The position numbers and the translations under genes are program-made. The notes under the pieces were generated by a model, which saw only the letters and a list, made by a program, of their open reading frames with translations, had not been told where the DNA came from and made no database searches. Positions 51,727 through 64,000 of a stretch of 64,000 nucleotides of DNA are shown here, piece after piece (position 1 is the stretch's first letter; each line of letters starts with the position of its first letter). Origin of the DNA: Mizuhopecten yessoensis (taxonomy: Eukaryota); NCBI RefSeq assembly GCF_002113885.1, contig NW_018405003.1, forward strand, positions 15,240 to 79,239. The letters run 5' to 3'.

Positions 51727-52020
51727 CAGTCACAATCCACCGACAGTAATCTCGCATATTTGATTTGCGAAAGCTGATGTCACAAGGGTCTCGGGTGAGA
51801 CAACCAAATAAATCACCACTCGTTTTGGGGATTTCCTTGTCAAGACTTCAAGGTAGGGGAGCATTTTATCAGTCACAATTAAGAAATGATATATGGCGTG
51901 CAAAACAAGCAACACATTGACGTCGGGGAACAATTGTTTATGACGTCACATTCAGCTTTTGACAGCAACAGTCAATTGCAAATTAAACATGCGAGACTAC
52001 TGTCGGTGGATTTGGGACTG
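51727..52020. mobile_element. Tc1/mariner-like MITE with ~42-bp TIRs
   Basis: TA|CAGTCACAATCCACCGACAGTAATCTCGCATATTTGATTTGC ... GCAAATTAAACATGCGAGACTACTGTCGGTGGATTTGGGACTG: inverted, with few mismatches. The right-hand TA is not preserved. Confidence 0.8.
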
Positions 52021-55000
52021 AAATAATAAAATAGAGGGAATAATAATTATCTACCCTGAAGATGCAGCAGAGAAATCACCTACCATCAGGATGATTATTT
52101 GGCTGTCCAGCAGATCCTCAAGCTAGCAAACAAAACTTTCATTCTTCGGGTTGCAGATTTTTTCTGTCACGCCCTCAAAGTGATTAGAAGATTGATCAAT
52201 GTAATAACATCCAGGGTTTTACCCATTAGTAAAGATGCAAACACATGTTTACAAACTCTCAATAAAGGTTTATCCAATGACAAAAACCTTAAGTGGTTGT
52301 GTGAGAAATAGCCTTATCTGTAAAACGTATATTCTAGTAACAAAGGGAATATGCTGTAGGTATACATCCCGCTTCCTGGGACAATTAATATAGATATCTA
52401 AGGTATGTTCTACAACTTGAAAGTATGTGTTAAATGTCATTGATGATGCAGATATGTAAATTAGATATTATTGACTTTGATCAATATTGTGGAAGACTTT
52501 TGTTTAGAAGGCTGATACAGGCACAATCTGTTCTCTTTTAACAAATACGAGTTATTTTCCTATATCTGTGTTATCAAGTATATTACTGATAAAATAACAA
52601 TGAAATATATTTTGAAGTTTGAACTTGTTCTCGATGTATTATTAATACAAGTTGTGTCACTAAAGTCCTATGAAATGTTCACTTTTCGTAGGAATGTCAC
52701 TGTGTATTACTTCACGTGAGCGGTCGGCATACTGTATATACACATATGTCAAAATAAAACATAATTCAGTTTTTAATTTAGATGAAATGTGAATGAGATT
52801 ACATTGATGATCGATCGCCCCCGGTAGCTGTCTTTATGTGTCATTTTGCTGTCTCCAGAAGGGGGTCAGGAAGGGTTCTGTCTTATTTTCCCGTCTTACT
52901 ATGTCAATGTAGATTACAAAATCGGGTTTATCAGATGGTTTAATTCAAATATGTCAAGCGCTGTAGTAAACAAAAATAATTCGATGTGAAATATAATTGC
53001 ATAGTTAAAGTTCGATCTTTATCTATAAGAAATTTGGTATTTCCTAACTTCCAGTCTTAGACGTACAACAAACATGGCAAGCCAACACTTTTTAATGTTG
53101 ACGAACTCCCTTAGCGTCATGTATTACACATCGAAGCCGTGATTCTACTATAGTGACAGCCCGTTTTCCGACCATGCAATACATGACCCTTTATTTCTGC
53201 GTTAAGACAATGTGTTGCAGTACATGTACCCAAGAAAAGGATTCTGTTTGGTCCTGGAGCTCATCGGTTGTTATCCACTGATCAGTTCGAAGAATTGAAA
53301 CAATTATGTGTTCCGAATATGTAATAAAATATCGCACAGTGGTAAAGTGACATCTTATTCAGTCCTAGGGTAAACACATAACATTAATGAAACGTTATGG
53401 ATGAGTTATGGGTTTTTTTCAGAAAATTTTATGAGCATATAAAGTTAAATTAAATGTGTTTAATAAAAGCAATATCGCAATCTAGTGTTATTTCGATGTT
53501 TCAGATTGCGCTCGTTTATTGGGCGAGTATTTACCTCAAGAGCGCTTCTCTCAAACAAGATAGTCTTATCTTAATGTGTTTCAGGTAGATGACACTCCTT
53601 CCCCATCAATCTTGGTCTTCACTGCTAGCTACATTATGTGGATGGAAATATGTTTAGGCAAATTATTAAAAAACGTAAGTATGTCCCTCAAGACCCTCAA
53701 TATATTACACTTTGACGACGCCGCCCTTTTGTGATGTTATTGAAGTCGTCATTCCACTGTCATGCATAAATTATCTATTTAAGGCCGTTAATACAATGAT
53801 GTGTTTAGTGTTTGTTTAGTTATCAAGGAAAGGGGTTTATTTTTTATACTGCGTAGTATTTTGTGATCATTGCTCTGCATATAAAATTAGTAAAATATAC
53901 ATTAATATTAGCATAACTATTTGTTAAACGCCTGTAGACTGAGAGGTAAGCTGTGGTGTGTTTATCAATGTCATGTTATACACATATGTATATATTTATC
54001 TTTCAATATGTAGAATTCACAGTGATACAGACAGACAGACAGACAGACTGACAGACAACATATCAAAATGTTCTACAGTGAAAAACGAAAACAAAAAAAC
54101 ATATTTAATATCCCTTATTATAATATTTTTCTACATAACAGCGTCTTTGATTCGATTATATGGATTGCAAGATGTGCAAATAAAACATCATGTGTTTCTC
54201 ACGCGCTCGAGTTTCCCCTTTCTTTTAAGTATGGAACCACGATTTGTTTGTTTCTGCGAGATTATGTACGTTTTTCGAGAGCTGACCTCGTGAAACATAA
54301 TTTATGGCGGAAAAACAAAGGCTCGTGTTCCCTTACACATATGCACACTATTTTTGATATTTATACAGAAAATGCTATATTGGCATTTGTTGTTTTATTA
54401 ACTCGATTTAAAAAAGGAACTTTCTGCGAAAACTTTCGAGGTCAAGAGCCATGATAACGTGACTCCAACTGGTTTCTATTGTTGTACAGTTACCTAAATG
54501 TTTGTTTTTATGACGATGGTGTCACATTTTGCGAGGCAAGAGGATAAACATCAAAATTATTTATACTCGTTCCATGAGATTTTATTGCGAAAAATAAAGG
54601 GATGGTGCAGACAATGAAACATTAGTATAATATATTGACACGATTGTTCGGTTGTCAACTGGAAATATCCCATTACTATCATAACTAAATGAAATCAGTT
54701 TCTTCTGATAGTGTTGAATGCAGTGGAGATATAAATATATATTTTTCAGTCTTTGCCTTTTTTGTTTATCAAATATGAGTGACACAATTCATTTTTAATT
54801 CTTTTGATATCTTCTCAATTCATTATAACATATACGATAACTAACAGGTCGATCGATCAAGCTATTAAAACAGGCGTTACAAAACAACAAGAAACTGTTC
54901 TGGAACCGCCGATCCTTAATTCACGACCAACTTATGCATATTTTTACCTCTAAAGGTAGCAGGTATGTGTCTATTACAGTATAGTGTAGGTGTCACACGT

Positions 55001-55339
55001 GTAGAGCAGGTGTTGGTTATATCGCATGCGCATATATATCTCTCCTGGAGACCACGAACAGTTAAGCTTATTATATAGACGGTAAAATGTAACGCTACTA
55101 CCACATCCCACATTTTTCGAGATTTTTACCATGTTGATAAATCAAACCGATGTATAAAAATGAATTCTACACTTCAAGTTAAGGGGAAGGGTTACCAACA
55201 AGTCACCATTGTTAATTATTTGTTCACGTCCCTATCAATACAAATATTCTATACACAAGTTGCCATGCATATTGTTGGAAATTTGAATGTCTGAAAATAA
55301 TAATGCCATTTGAAAACTGTCTGTAGTAGATTGTTCTAC

Positions 55340-56970
55340 AGTTGTTTGACCGCACAACGCACCAAAAATAGCGTGCCCACACCGTGCATACATCGTTCAC
55401 ACACCGTCCGCACATCGTCCACAAATGGTGCGCACAACTGTGCAATTTAATAATCGTTCGCCCCGTTGTGCGTTTCTCTCCGCACAAGTTAGCGATTTGG
55501 TACAATTTGTAGATCAATATTACGGAATGAAAAAATACGGAAATCTCGTATGCAATAATGTTCACTGTATATATAACTGTAATTTCTCATCACAATAGTT
55601 AATATTTTGTTCAATTTTACAATGCGTATTACACAGGATTACAGTGACCGTTAGACTGTCAAGAATGGGTTTGGCTCCCAGGTAACAGAACAGGTAAATA
55701 ACAATTTGATGAGTGACCGGAGTTTTACCTGGCCTGTGTCTGACACAAAGATCTGATATGCGATAACGTATGACCGTAATGAAAACATTACTGGACGTTT
55801 AGTATTTGTTATTTGCATTAGGTTCGCCTATAGCTCCTCTTCACCTGGGTTTTCACAACCCCGGCGTACCCGACGAGTTACGTAAGTGCCCCGGTTGGGG
55901 GGAAACTATGGTCCAGGTACATGTACAAAGTGCCTATGTTTACCTGTATACGGGACTGTGTTGTAATTGTACATGTGTCGATTAAGGTCGCTTAAAAACA
56001 CCGAAAACACTATTTCTAAATTTAAGAAAGTATATACAGAAATACGTACGAATCAAGTTTATATGTTTAAACACGAAACCGTATATATTGGTAAGGCATT
56101 CCTCAATTTACACCAACCACGATTGTTATCGCACAACGTTAAATTTAATAGACTTGACGCCGAACCAAGGAGAAAGTCCCGGCTAGGAAGAATAGGATGC
56201 TGTTTTTAGGTACACAATCATCAGGTCTTGGATGCGCTAATGCTAACACATGGCTAGGAGACAATGTTTAGTGTAAAGTAGATAATATGCTAGCATGTTA
56301 AGTATCTGTTTTCACATATTTCTCTATTTAAATTACATATCATCTAATGTATACATATCTGTACTGTTATCGCACAACGTTCATCCATCGTGCGCACATT
56401 TAATCGTGAGCACACATGTGCGCAAGCAATTATCGTCTAACTTTTTTATCGTTCGCATATCGTGCACACATCGTACACACACCGCCCACACATCGTGCGC
56501 ACACCGCACATCGTGTAACGTTGTGCGATCCCACAACTGTATCATTGTTGATTGCGCCCCTCAGCTGTTGCAAGTTTGACAGTGATTTGATCGAAGGGGT
56601 AGACACGTCTTTCTAAAGCATCTCAAACATGTATTGTAGTACACAATGGTGGCGCCCCAGTATCTGGGAGGGGGTCTCCCTTGTCTTCTGCTGAAGACAC
56701 AAAGGAAATCAAAACAGGTCAGTTGCCTACCATCGCAACACTTGGGATCTTTTCTTTGTTCTCTTTTTAACTCTTTCTCTTTTTTTCGGCAGTGTCTTCC
56801 AAAGCACACATCTTTAAATGACCTTTAATGTTGTTTAGAGGACGTTCGACCCCGAACAAAGAAGAAAGTACCGGCCAGGATGGATAGAATGTTGTTAGCC
56901 CATAGAATGTTTTAGGTACACCAGCATCAGGTATTGGAAGCGTTAATGCTAACAGGAAACATGACAACCT
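55340..56970. mobile_element. Rearranged transposon remnant (tentatively PIF/Harbinger-like) with CGCACA/ATCGT motif clusters and an internal duplication
   Basis: Motif-rich blocks at 55340-55500 and 56360-56560. Direct repeat 56160-56250 vs 56852-56960. Minus-strand fragments RSFKD..FGRHCRKKEKELK and MFEML*KDVSTPSIKSLSN weakly recall a MADF/Myb-SANT domain. Confidence 0.35.
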
Positions 56971-59900
56971 GATGGAAGATTTTCACGACATCTGCTCTTT
57001 TTCTCATTTGGACTTTAATGCATTTAAATGGCAATGCCAATTGAACTCTTGTTACGTTTTGTGTTATTCAAAAGCATAGAATACAATATTAGTATATATT
57101 TAATATTTTCACTTGTCATCTGTTCTCACCTGTACTTTTGATTAGCCGCCAATCCGTCTCAACCAACACGCAGATGTCACACACACAGGTGTGACACCTG
57201 CTTTTTACCTGGACTGACAAATAGAAAAAGTATTGTACTGCAGGTTTTAAATGATTTAATGATGCCGTAAATTGTGTACTTATTTTAACTGTCTTAGTAG
57301 AGTTATAAGGGATGACTATATAATGAGGATGAATAATTTACATAAGAAATATTCATGAATATTCATCAGGTAAAGTATTTTATGCATATCATAATTCCCC
57401 GGATAGATATGTCTGGGAATAAACTGCTTACCGATCTTAGCACGAAATCGCCAAGCAGAGAAATGTCTGCAGGCCTGACTATAACAAAGTCGACTCCTAC
57501 TTATAAAGAAACTAACTTGATCACTATGTGTAGCATTTAATCATGAGTACGGTTTGCACAATAATATATGTTTAGCATAATGCATTTACGACATGTAATT
57601 ATATCTTAAACCCTCGTATCAACATTCACTGTTTTGTCACATAATGTACCGCGTTATCCAGTGAATATACCCATGTCATATTTGTTTTGCGTACAAAAGT
57701 ACATGACTACACAGACTTGCATGACAATTCTCGTTTTACACAAAATGAATGCCACACATCTTAATTATCTGATAAAAATGATCTTACACCTGTTTTCATT
57801 TCATACGAAATTTATGAAATTCGCCAGAAGCTCGCTAAATTGAAAAATTCTTAGACTCGTCGAAAAAATCTCATTTGAAATGGAAATTCATATAAGATCC
57901 TATATATATAAGGTACATTTTGCCTATATTTTCATAGGCAGTATAGAAACATTAAATTGCGAAAGAAGTCACATCATGTCCATGTCCTTAACTCACGAAA
58001 TCACGCACCTGTTGCCTTGCCGACCGATAACTGTCCGAAACTTTCCGTTGACCACTGCAGTATCAAATACCTCCTTTTATAAAGAGGCCATAACAGATAT
58101 AAGAGTATTGTCATATGGAGATAATAAAGCAGGATAAATATTCTTCCTGATTAAGGTTCTGCTTTGGATTCCCGATATAATGATTGCTTACATAAAAAAG
58201 ACGGCTGGTCAGTAATAAGTATCGTTGCTTAAAGCTGAACTTTACTAAATCTTTGCCAGACAGCAACCTTTCGACACCTCTCAATGTTTCCAATGTAAAA
58301 GAACGAAAAGTTGTAGACCGTTCAATATTATACGAATCAGATGTTTAATACGCCTTTAAAAGCTTTCATTAATATATACATCAGTGTTATATACTTTGTC
58401 ATATAATTCATTTTTTGATATCTTTATATTCTATGTTTGTGTAAATTGGAAATGAAATACACATTTGACTGATTAATAATACAAGTATAGTTACAGCATT
58501 TATCGTGTGCTCTTCTGATAACTGTTTTAGCTACACAATCTTTAGAAAGAAAAAATACACCTCAGAAGGTAAGTTAGTCAGTAAAAAGTATTTGTGGTGA
58601 ACTTCTTTAAATCAGCGTGTTGCATGCCCACACTTTACGAGTAAGGGCACAAGGCAGTATAATAGGTGTACACTATAATGCTGCGCATGCGACGTTATCA
58701 CTAATATTCCGTTTGATACGAATGACATATGAATTAGGGAGATCTGTTGAAAAAATCGACTTGAGTATAACATGTAATTTATTTCCAGTTATTCCGTGTC
58801 CATTTGGCCCATTAATAGCAATGGTGTAGTCAAGCCGTGACCAAATTTGCTGTAAAGTAATATCATACGGAAAAAATCGCAGATCTACTTTTACAAGACA
58901 ATTTATTGGCTGTTGATCGAAGCAGTCGGCAACAATTCAGTCGAGTTAAGGCATTTCCTCCGGGCACATTTATCATTTTATCACTTTTGTTTAGCATTTC
59001 CCCTCGAATCAGAAAAATATTGAGCATTTGGATATCATTTATTGGCAGCGATGTATTCTTTTAACGATAGTGGATATGTTTCTTAAACTTTGCATGTTGG
59101 TGTGTGTATGTTACGTTCATCTTTAAAGGCACAAGTTGGTAGGCTGGTACTGGTTGATTCCTTCGTATCCAAAGTTTGCCGTAACAATGACAGCCACATT
59201 GACATCAAGTAGTGACGAGGTTCCTGATATACACATTTGACAAATTATTTGATTTGAAATAAACCAGTTCTCCTGTAATTTATCTACACAAAAGTAGGAG
59301 ATATTACGCCCCTCCTCATCTGTTGAAGCAGAAGTTTAAAACGTTTTTATTTCCACATGTTTGCCCCTTGCACCACCATTCTGAAAAAGACCATAATTTT
59401 GATGACATTTGTTTCGGTGCACAGACACAGCTTTGAATATTAATACCAAAATTTGAACAACATACATATTCATCTGAAATATCCATGTAGTGATCATTAT
59501 CTAGAAATCTTTTTAAGCAAACCCTCCAAATGTTCAGAATGGTGACGTGTTTTCACGTGGCTGTGAACTATTCATTTTCAAATATCTTACATAATAATAT
59601 TTACATAACCGGTGTCTAAACGGAAATAGCAACACAGCTGGAGGAACATACGACACAAAATACAACGAAGGGTGCATAATTTATCACATAAATTTATAAA
59701 CAACTTCATGTACTCGTAAATTATCACACGGCATGGGTAGAAGGTTAGATATATCCTACCATGCTCTCTAACATCAAAGTTTCTGAGAATATCTCAGCGT
59801 TTTTATGAAATAACAATTCGTTCATCAATTTGTTATATTTAATTGTATATTTTGCTGAAATTGAACTACATAACATCATCAATTTTGGGGAAGGATGAAA

Positions 59901-60029
59901 TAAAGTATTGTATGTTGGGTTTCATTTCCTTAGTTCCAATTAAATGTAACGAGTTACCGATTACATAAAAATCTTCTTTTTCAGTGCAGTGAGAATTTTT
60001 GAAAATGATACATTTTACTAATAATAAAT

Positions 60030-60372
60030 AACACTTTATTAGTCTTAAGCCTATGACAATACAGAGTACATACTCACCAATAACATAACTAGTAAGAAAG
60101 ATAGCAATGTGTGTGTGTTTGTCTGTTCGGCATACATCTTGGTGGTTGTGACATAAACTAATGCCCTACCTCACAATGTTAAGGGGATTTGACTATGTCA
60201 TTCCAGTGAGAAATATCAAAATGATACACTACATTAAGGATAAATAAGACTTTCGTTGCCTTAAGACTATGACAAAACAGAGTACTTGCATACTCCCAAT
60301 TAAAATAACCAGCAAGAAAGCATGTGCAGCTGTCTGTTTGGCATCCTCACAACTTAAAAGGATTTTGACCAT
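60030..60372 (+). repeat. Imperfect tandem duplication (~215-bp period)
   Basis: CTTAAG.CTATGACAA.ACAGAGTAC...AAGAAAG...TGTCTGTT.GGCAT...CCTCACAA..TTTGAC occurs twice. Confidence 0.8.
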
Positions 60373-61309
60373 CTGTCATCACCCCCTTTCACCCCTTTAA
60401 ATGGTCCTATAGTCAGTGGCTGCTTTCGTCACAAGAACCTTGTGATAAAGACACAGACAAGGTTGTGGTATTGAGGTGAACGATAAAAAGAGCGCGTTAT
60501 ACACGACAGTATTAACATGAAACGACGAAACAGTAATCAAATTGCGATAGGAAAAAGCAATAAAAGAAACCAAACAAGACATAACATCATCACAGCTTTA
60601 TATTACAACTGTTAAATGACAAGTATGATATTTTGATCAGTGGTTGTTTTCTGATCGTTCTATTACCATTTACGAAAAACCAAATAACAGCACACAGCAT
60701 AACAAATATAAATATGACGTCATGTAGCAGCCAAGGAATATGAATAGAAAATACTGCCATAGTGGCAAGCTAGCTTGAATATGCTAATTAAAACAGACAA
60801 AGATTACCTATATGTCTAAGAACCCGTAATTCAGACCCAAATTCTATGAAAGCAGATGAAAAAGATCATTAGGGCGAACATAAAAATTGCCAATTATTTC
60901 TATCAATCTGCATCACTCGAAACCTTGTGTTTAACAATTGTAAGGTTTCTTATCGGTCCGTGTAGAATGTTTCATAAAAGAAAAAGAAATCAGCGTAAAC
61001 CAAAACGACAAACTACAATGGGTTTTTGTTGTTGTTTTGAATGTTACTACAAAAGATTGAAATGTATCTTTATAACATTTATGATGGTATGCAAAACAGT
61101 TCCATTCATACGTATTCTCAAAGATGTGCTACTTCGAGAGGATGAAAATGATCACTCATGTAAATAATTAAGATAAATGACACTATTTAGAAAGACAAAT
61201 GGAGTGAAGTTTGCTTCTGGAATAAAACACAATTTTGTACTTAAAGAATCGACATTGTAACGAGAAAAATATTATCAAAATTTTGAACATTATTACGACT
61301 TGATTTGTT

Positions 61310-61493
61310 NNNNNNNNNNNNNNNNNNNNNNNNNNNNNNNNNNNNNNNNNNNNNNNNNNNNNNNNNNNNNNNNNNNNNNNNNNNNNNNNNNNNNNNNNNN
61401 NNNNNNNNNNNNNNNNNNNNNNNNNNNNNNNNNNNNNNNNNNNNNNNNNNNNNNNNNNNNNNNNNNNNNNNNNNNNNNNNNNNNNNNNNNNNN
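61310..61493. other. Assembly gap (N run), probably (AT)n
   Basis: 184 Ns followed by ATATATATGTGTATAT. Confidence 0.95.
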
Positions 61494-62284
61494 ATATATA
61501 TGTGTATATCATGAACCACCCCACTGTTCAAAAGATATAACTGTGGCGATCAAGGCTACGCCATACTAAGGGTTTTGAAAGACTTCAACCAACAAAGTCT
61601 ACTACATTGTATCTTAAAAATATGAATGTAACACACATGTACTATTTATTGAAATGTTATCTAATATATATATACATATATTATATATCATCCACATATA
61701 TAATGTACCTCTTTCTTACCATTTAGGATACTTCCCATAAATACCAGTCATTTGTTGCTATTATTTGTTGTAATTAAGTTAATCATGTGAAGCTCATTTT
61801 TATCCTGATGAGGTAAAATATAACTGCCCCAGGGTTTACAATATTTCCTTAGCTTATAAACCACTTAAACACTCGCCTTTTAAACTAAGAACTGTCACAC
61901 AGGCAAGTTATAATGCAATACATGTCTTTGTGCAATCGACATTATTTATAGTACATTAATTTGTAGTTTGTTTATAACACAAAATTGGTTTGGTTTATTG
62001 ACATGATTGATGCTCACATCTCATTAAATATAAATTAAACGTATACCTTACAACCGTGGAACATCCCATTAATTCTTTTTCTATATGGTGCTTTCGTTTT
62101 CAATACAATAATAATATGTAAATATTTTTACAGATAAGATCGTTTCAGACCTATGCTTTTAGAGACGTAATTTCGGTTATGCTAAGTAGTAAATGTAGTC
62201 AGACAGTTACCGTACATGTGTCAAAACACGAATCCGGAAATGACTAACGCAGATGGAATGTTCCTCTTGTGTTACCTGTGTCGG

Positions 62285-62522
62285 CGAGAGAAGTAGGGAA
62301 ACTAATGGAAAGGCGGGAAAGGGAGGAATAGGACGGGAGGGGGAAGAGGACCGGAGATGGTGGGAAGGGGAAAGAGAACATGAAGAAAAGAATGCGGACA
62401 AGAGGGGGAGGAAAAAGGTCAGGGGTTGCAGGATATGAAAACAGAAGGAGGAAACAGACGGGAGAGAGGAGAGGGAGGGGAGAGAGCAAGGGGAGGGAGG
62501 GAAGGGAGATGACTAAGGGGGT
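62285..62522. repeat. Purine-rich (GA) low-complexity tract
   Basis: About 240 bp of almost only G and A on the + strand, with many GGG runs. Confidence 0.85.
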
Positions 62523-62684
62523 GATATTTATGACAATCAAATAATATCAGATACATACTGTATCTGGTAAAACATACAGGCAAATATTAAATAAAAACAT
62601 ATGGTTATATTCCTTTTTTGATGTAGTCATCTAAGCATTATGAAACGTGCATAGATAAAGCTATGTATGTTATGTTATGATATT

Positions 62685-62952
62685 ATAAAAAGAACAAAAC
62701 ATTGTAAACTATATATTAGGAAGCATTCATTTGGCTACAGATCCGTTAATATATGGAACAGTCTTCTCGAGGCGGTCATCCAGGCTAAAACAATTAAAGA
62801 CTTTGAAATCAGTTTGGACAATCATTGGAAACATCTTGAACTGAAATGTAATCACCTAGCTAGCTACAATGGTGTGTTTTTTTTATATTATATGATTTGG
62901 ACATGTAGGCAAGTAATTACCTGCGTCCATCTCTTTTCTATTAAATCATATT
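62685..62952 (+). mobile_element. Short 5'-truncated CR1/L2-type LINE 3' remnant
   Basis: KHCKLYIRKHSFGYRSVNIWNSLLEAVIQAKTIKDFEISLDNHW matches the canonical ORF2 C-terminus (RK.FF..RV.N.WN.LP..V..A.....FK..LD..W), followed by a short 3' UTR. Confidence 0.85.
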
Positions 62953-64000
62953 AGAAAAACCTATATCTTGATAACATGGCGAACGGTATGACGTATCCCG
63001 TTCATTACTACATAGTGGTGAATTTTAAGGGGTATTTTAGTGAATTTGCTTTGAAAATCGAATGCGATTCTACATTTCCCCCAAACACAATTTGAAGTGC
63101 AATAGCGTTAACAAGAAAAAAGGACTGAACATACGGCATGTAGTTTTATGTATGTAGGAATGAACTTAGTTCCTACACGGGTTCATGTAATATGCGTTTA
63201 TTACGTGTGTTCGAAAAGATATGTATTCATGAAAGTCTTGTGTCAACTTTTTAAACTTTCTTATTTAACAAGGTACAAAAGAAACCAAAACAAAATCACG
63301 AAAATAAAACATAAAAATAAGATTGTCACATAAATATCAAATTAAAAAATTTGTGATATCAAGTTCCTTTTTTTATAAGTAAACAATCGATCTCTGTTTA
63401 GTGTACAGAGGTAAACATGTGATTCACGCAATAAATTGAATATAAACATGTCGTTGTGTATCAGAGTAAAGCATCAACCTAGTTTGTGTATAGATGAACC
63501 ATCATAATTGGCACTTATATGGTACAGACTAGAGATTCAGTGGATACTTTATATTGGTTATTCATCCGTAATTTAAAATGTTTGATTTAACCTAGATTTA
63601 TTTTTATAGTGAATCAGCGCCTATTGATAATGTTTTCGTCTTCACGGTTGATGCCGCCCGTGGATATATATGCCAGGTGACGTGATAGTAACTTCTCCCT
63701 TAAATCACTCGTTCCCCTATGTCTCCCTGACGTCAGACGTGAAATGGAACAACCTAGCCAACCACAACACAAATATGTTTCATATTTATTCTTGCTTTTA
63801 TCAATGTTTAAACAAACTCCATATAAGGACAAATTCTGTCAATTGAAAAAAATACCCAATGTAGCTAGTTTTTTTAAGAGGTATTGAAACTTTTGCATGA
63901 AAATACTTCGATCTTTTACGATCGTAGTAATATTGTTTTATTTGTGTATTTATAAAGTCAGAATAAACTGATCAGAGTGGGATAAAATTCATTTCACCCC

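Noticed and set aside
53958-54454. 111-aa and 128-aa ORFs
   Set aside because: No recognisable domain, composition typical of AT-rich non-coding DNA, and the first includes a (GACA)n microsatellite.
61183-61569. ORFs spanning the second gap
   Set aside because: They are artefacts of translating Ns.
62207-62540. Pro/Leu-rich and Arg/Glu-rich ORFs
   Set aside because: They derive from the low-complexity purine tract.

Overview
This is AT-rich eukaryotic (metazoan) non-coding DNA. The repeat families (CORE- and Meta-type tRNA-SINEs, Helentron-associated HINEs, CR1/L2-group LINEs, a FLYWCH-MULE fragment) point to a bivalve mollusc, but that is an inference from repeat types only. I can support no intact host protein-coding gene. 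The window looks like a large intron or intergenic region with two assembly gaps. The only long ORFs are transposon-derived: a 5'-truncated CR1/L2-group LINE with a 9-bp TSD (3698-5157) and a frameshifted FLYWCH/MULE transposase fragment (41414-42126). There are five minisatellite or satellite arrays of 28-35 bp period. The most striking is a ~4.3 kb, ~140-copy 31-bp array (26269-30595) whose unit carries the palindrome ACTGACGTCAGT, containing a full CRE site, with sequence variation concentrated in a predicted hairpin loop. Other notable structure: (1) two copies of a TTAA-flanked Kolobok-like MITE carrying a tRNA-like segment, one of which has seeded a new minisatellite; (2) a composite SINE bounded by one TSD pair; (3) a MULE fragment apparently captured at a repeat junction by microhomology; (4) a locally templated insertion flanked by a 19-bp duplication. 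I did not find a clearly novel multi-gene system. The CRE-palindrome satellite is the best candidate for an undescribed functional element.
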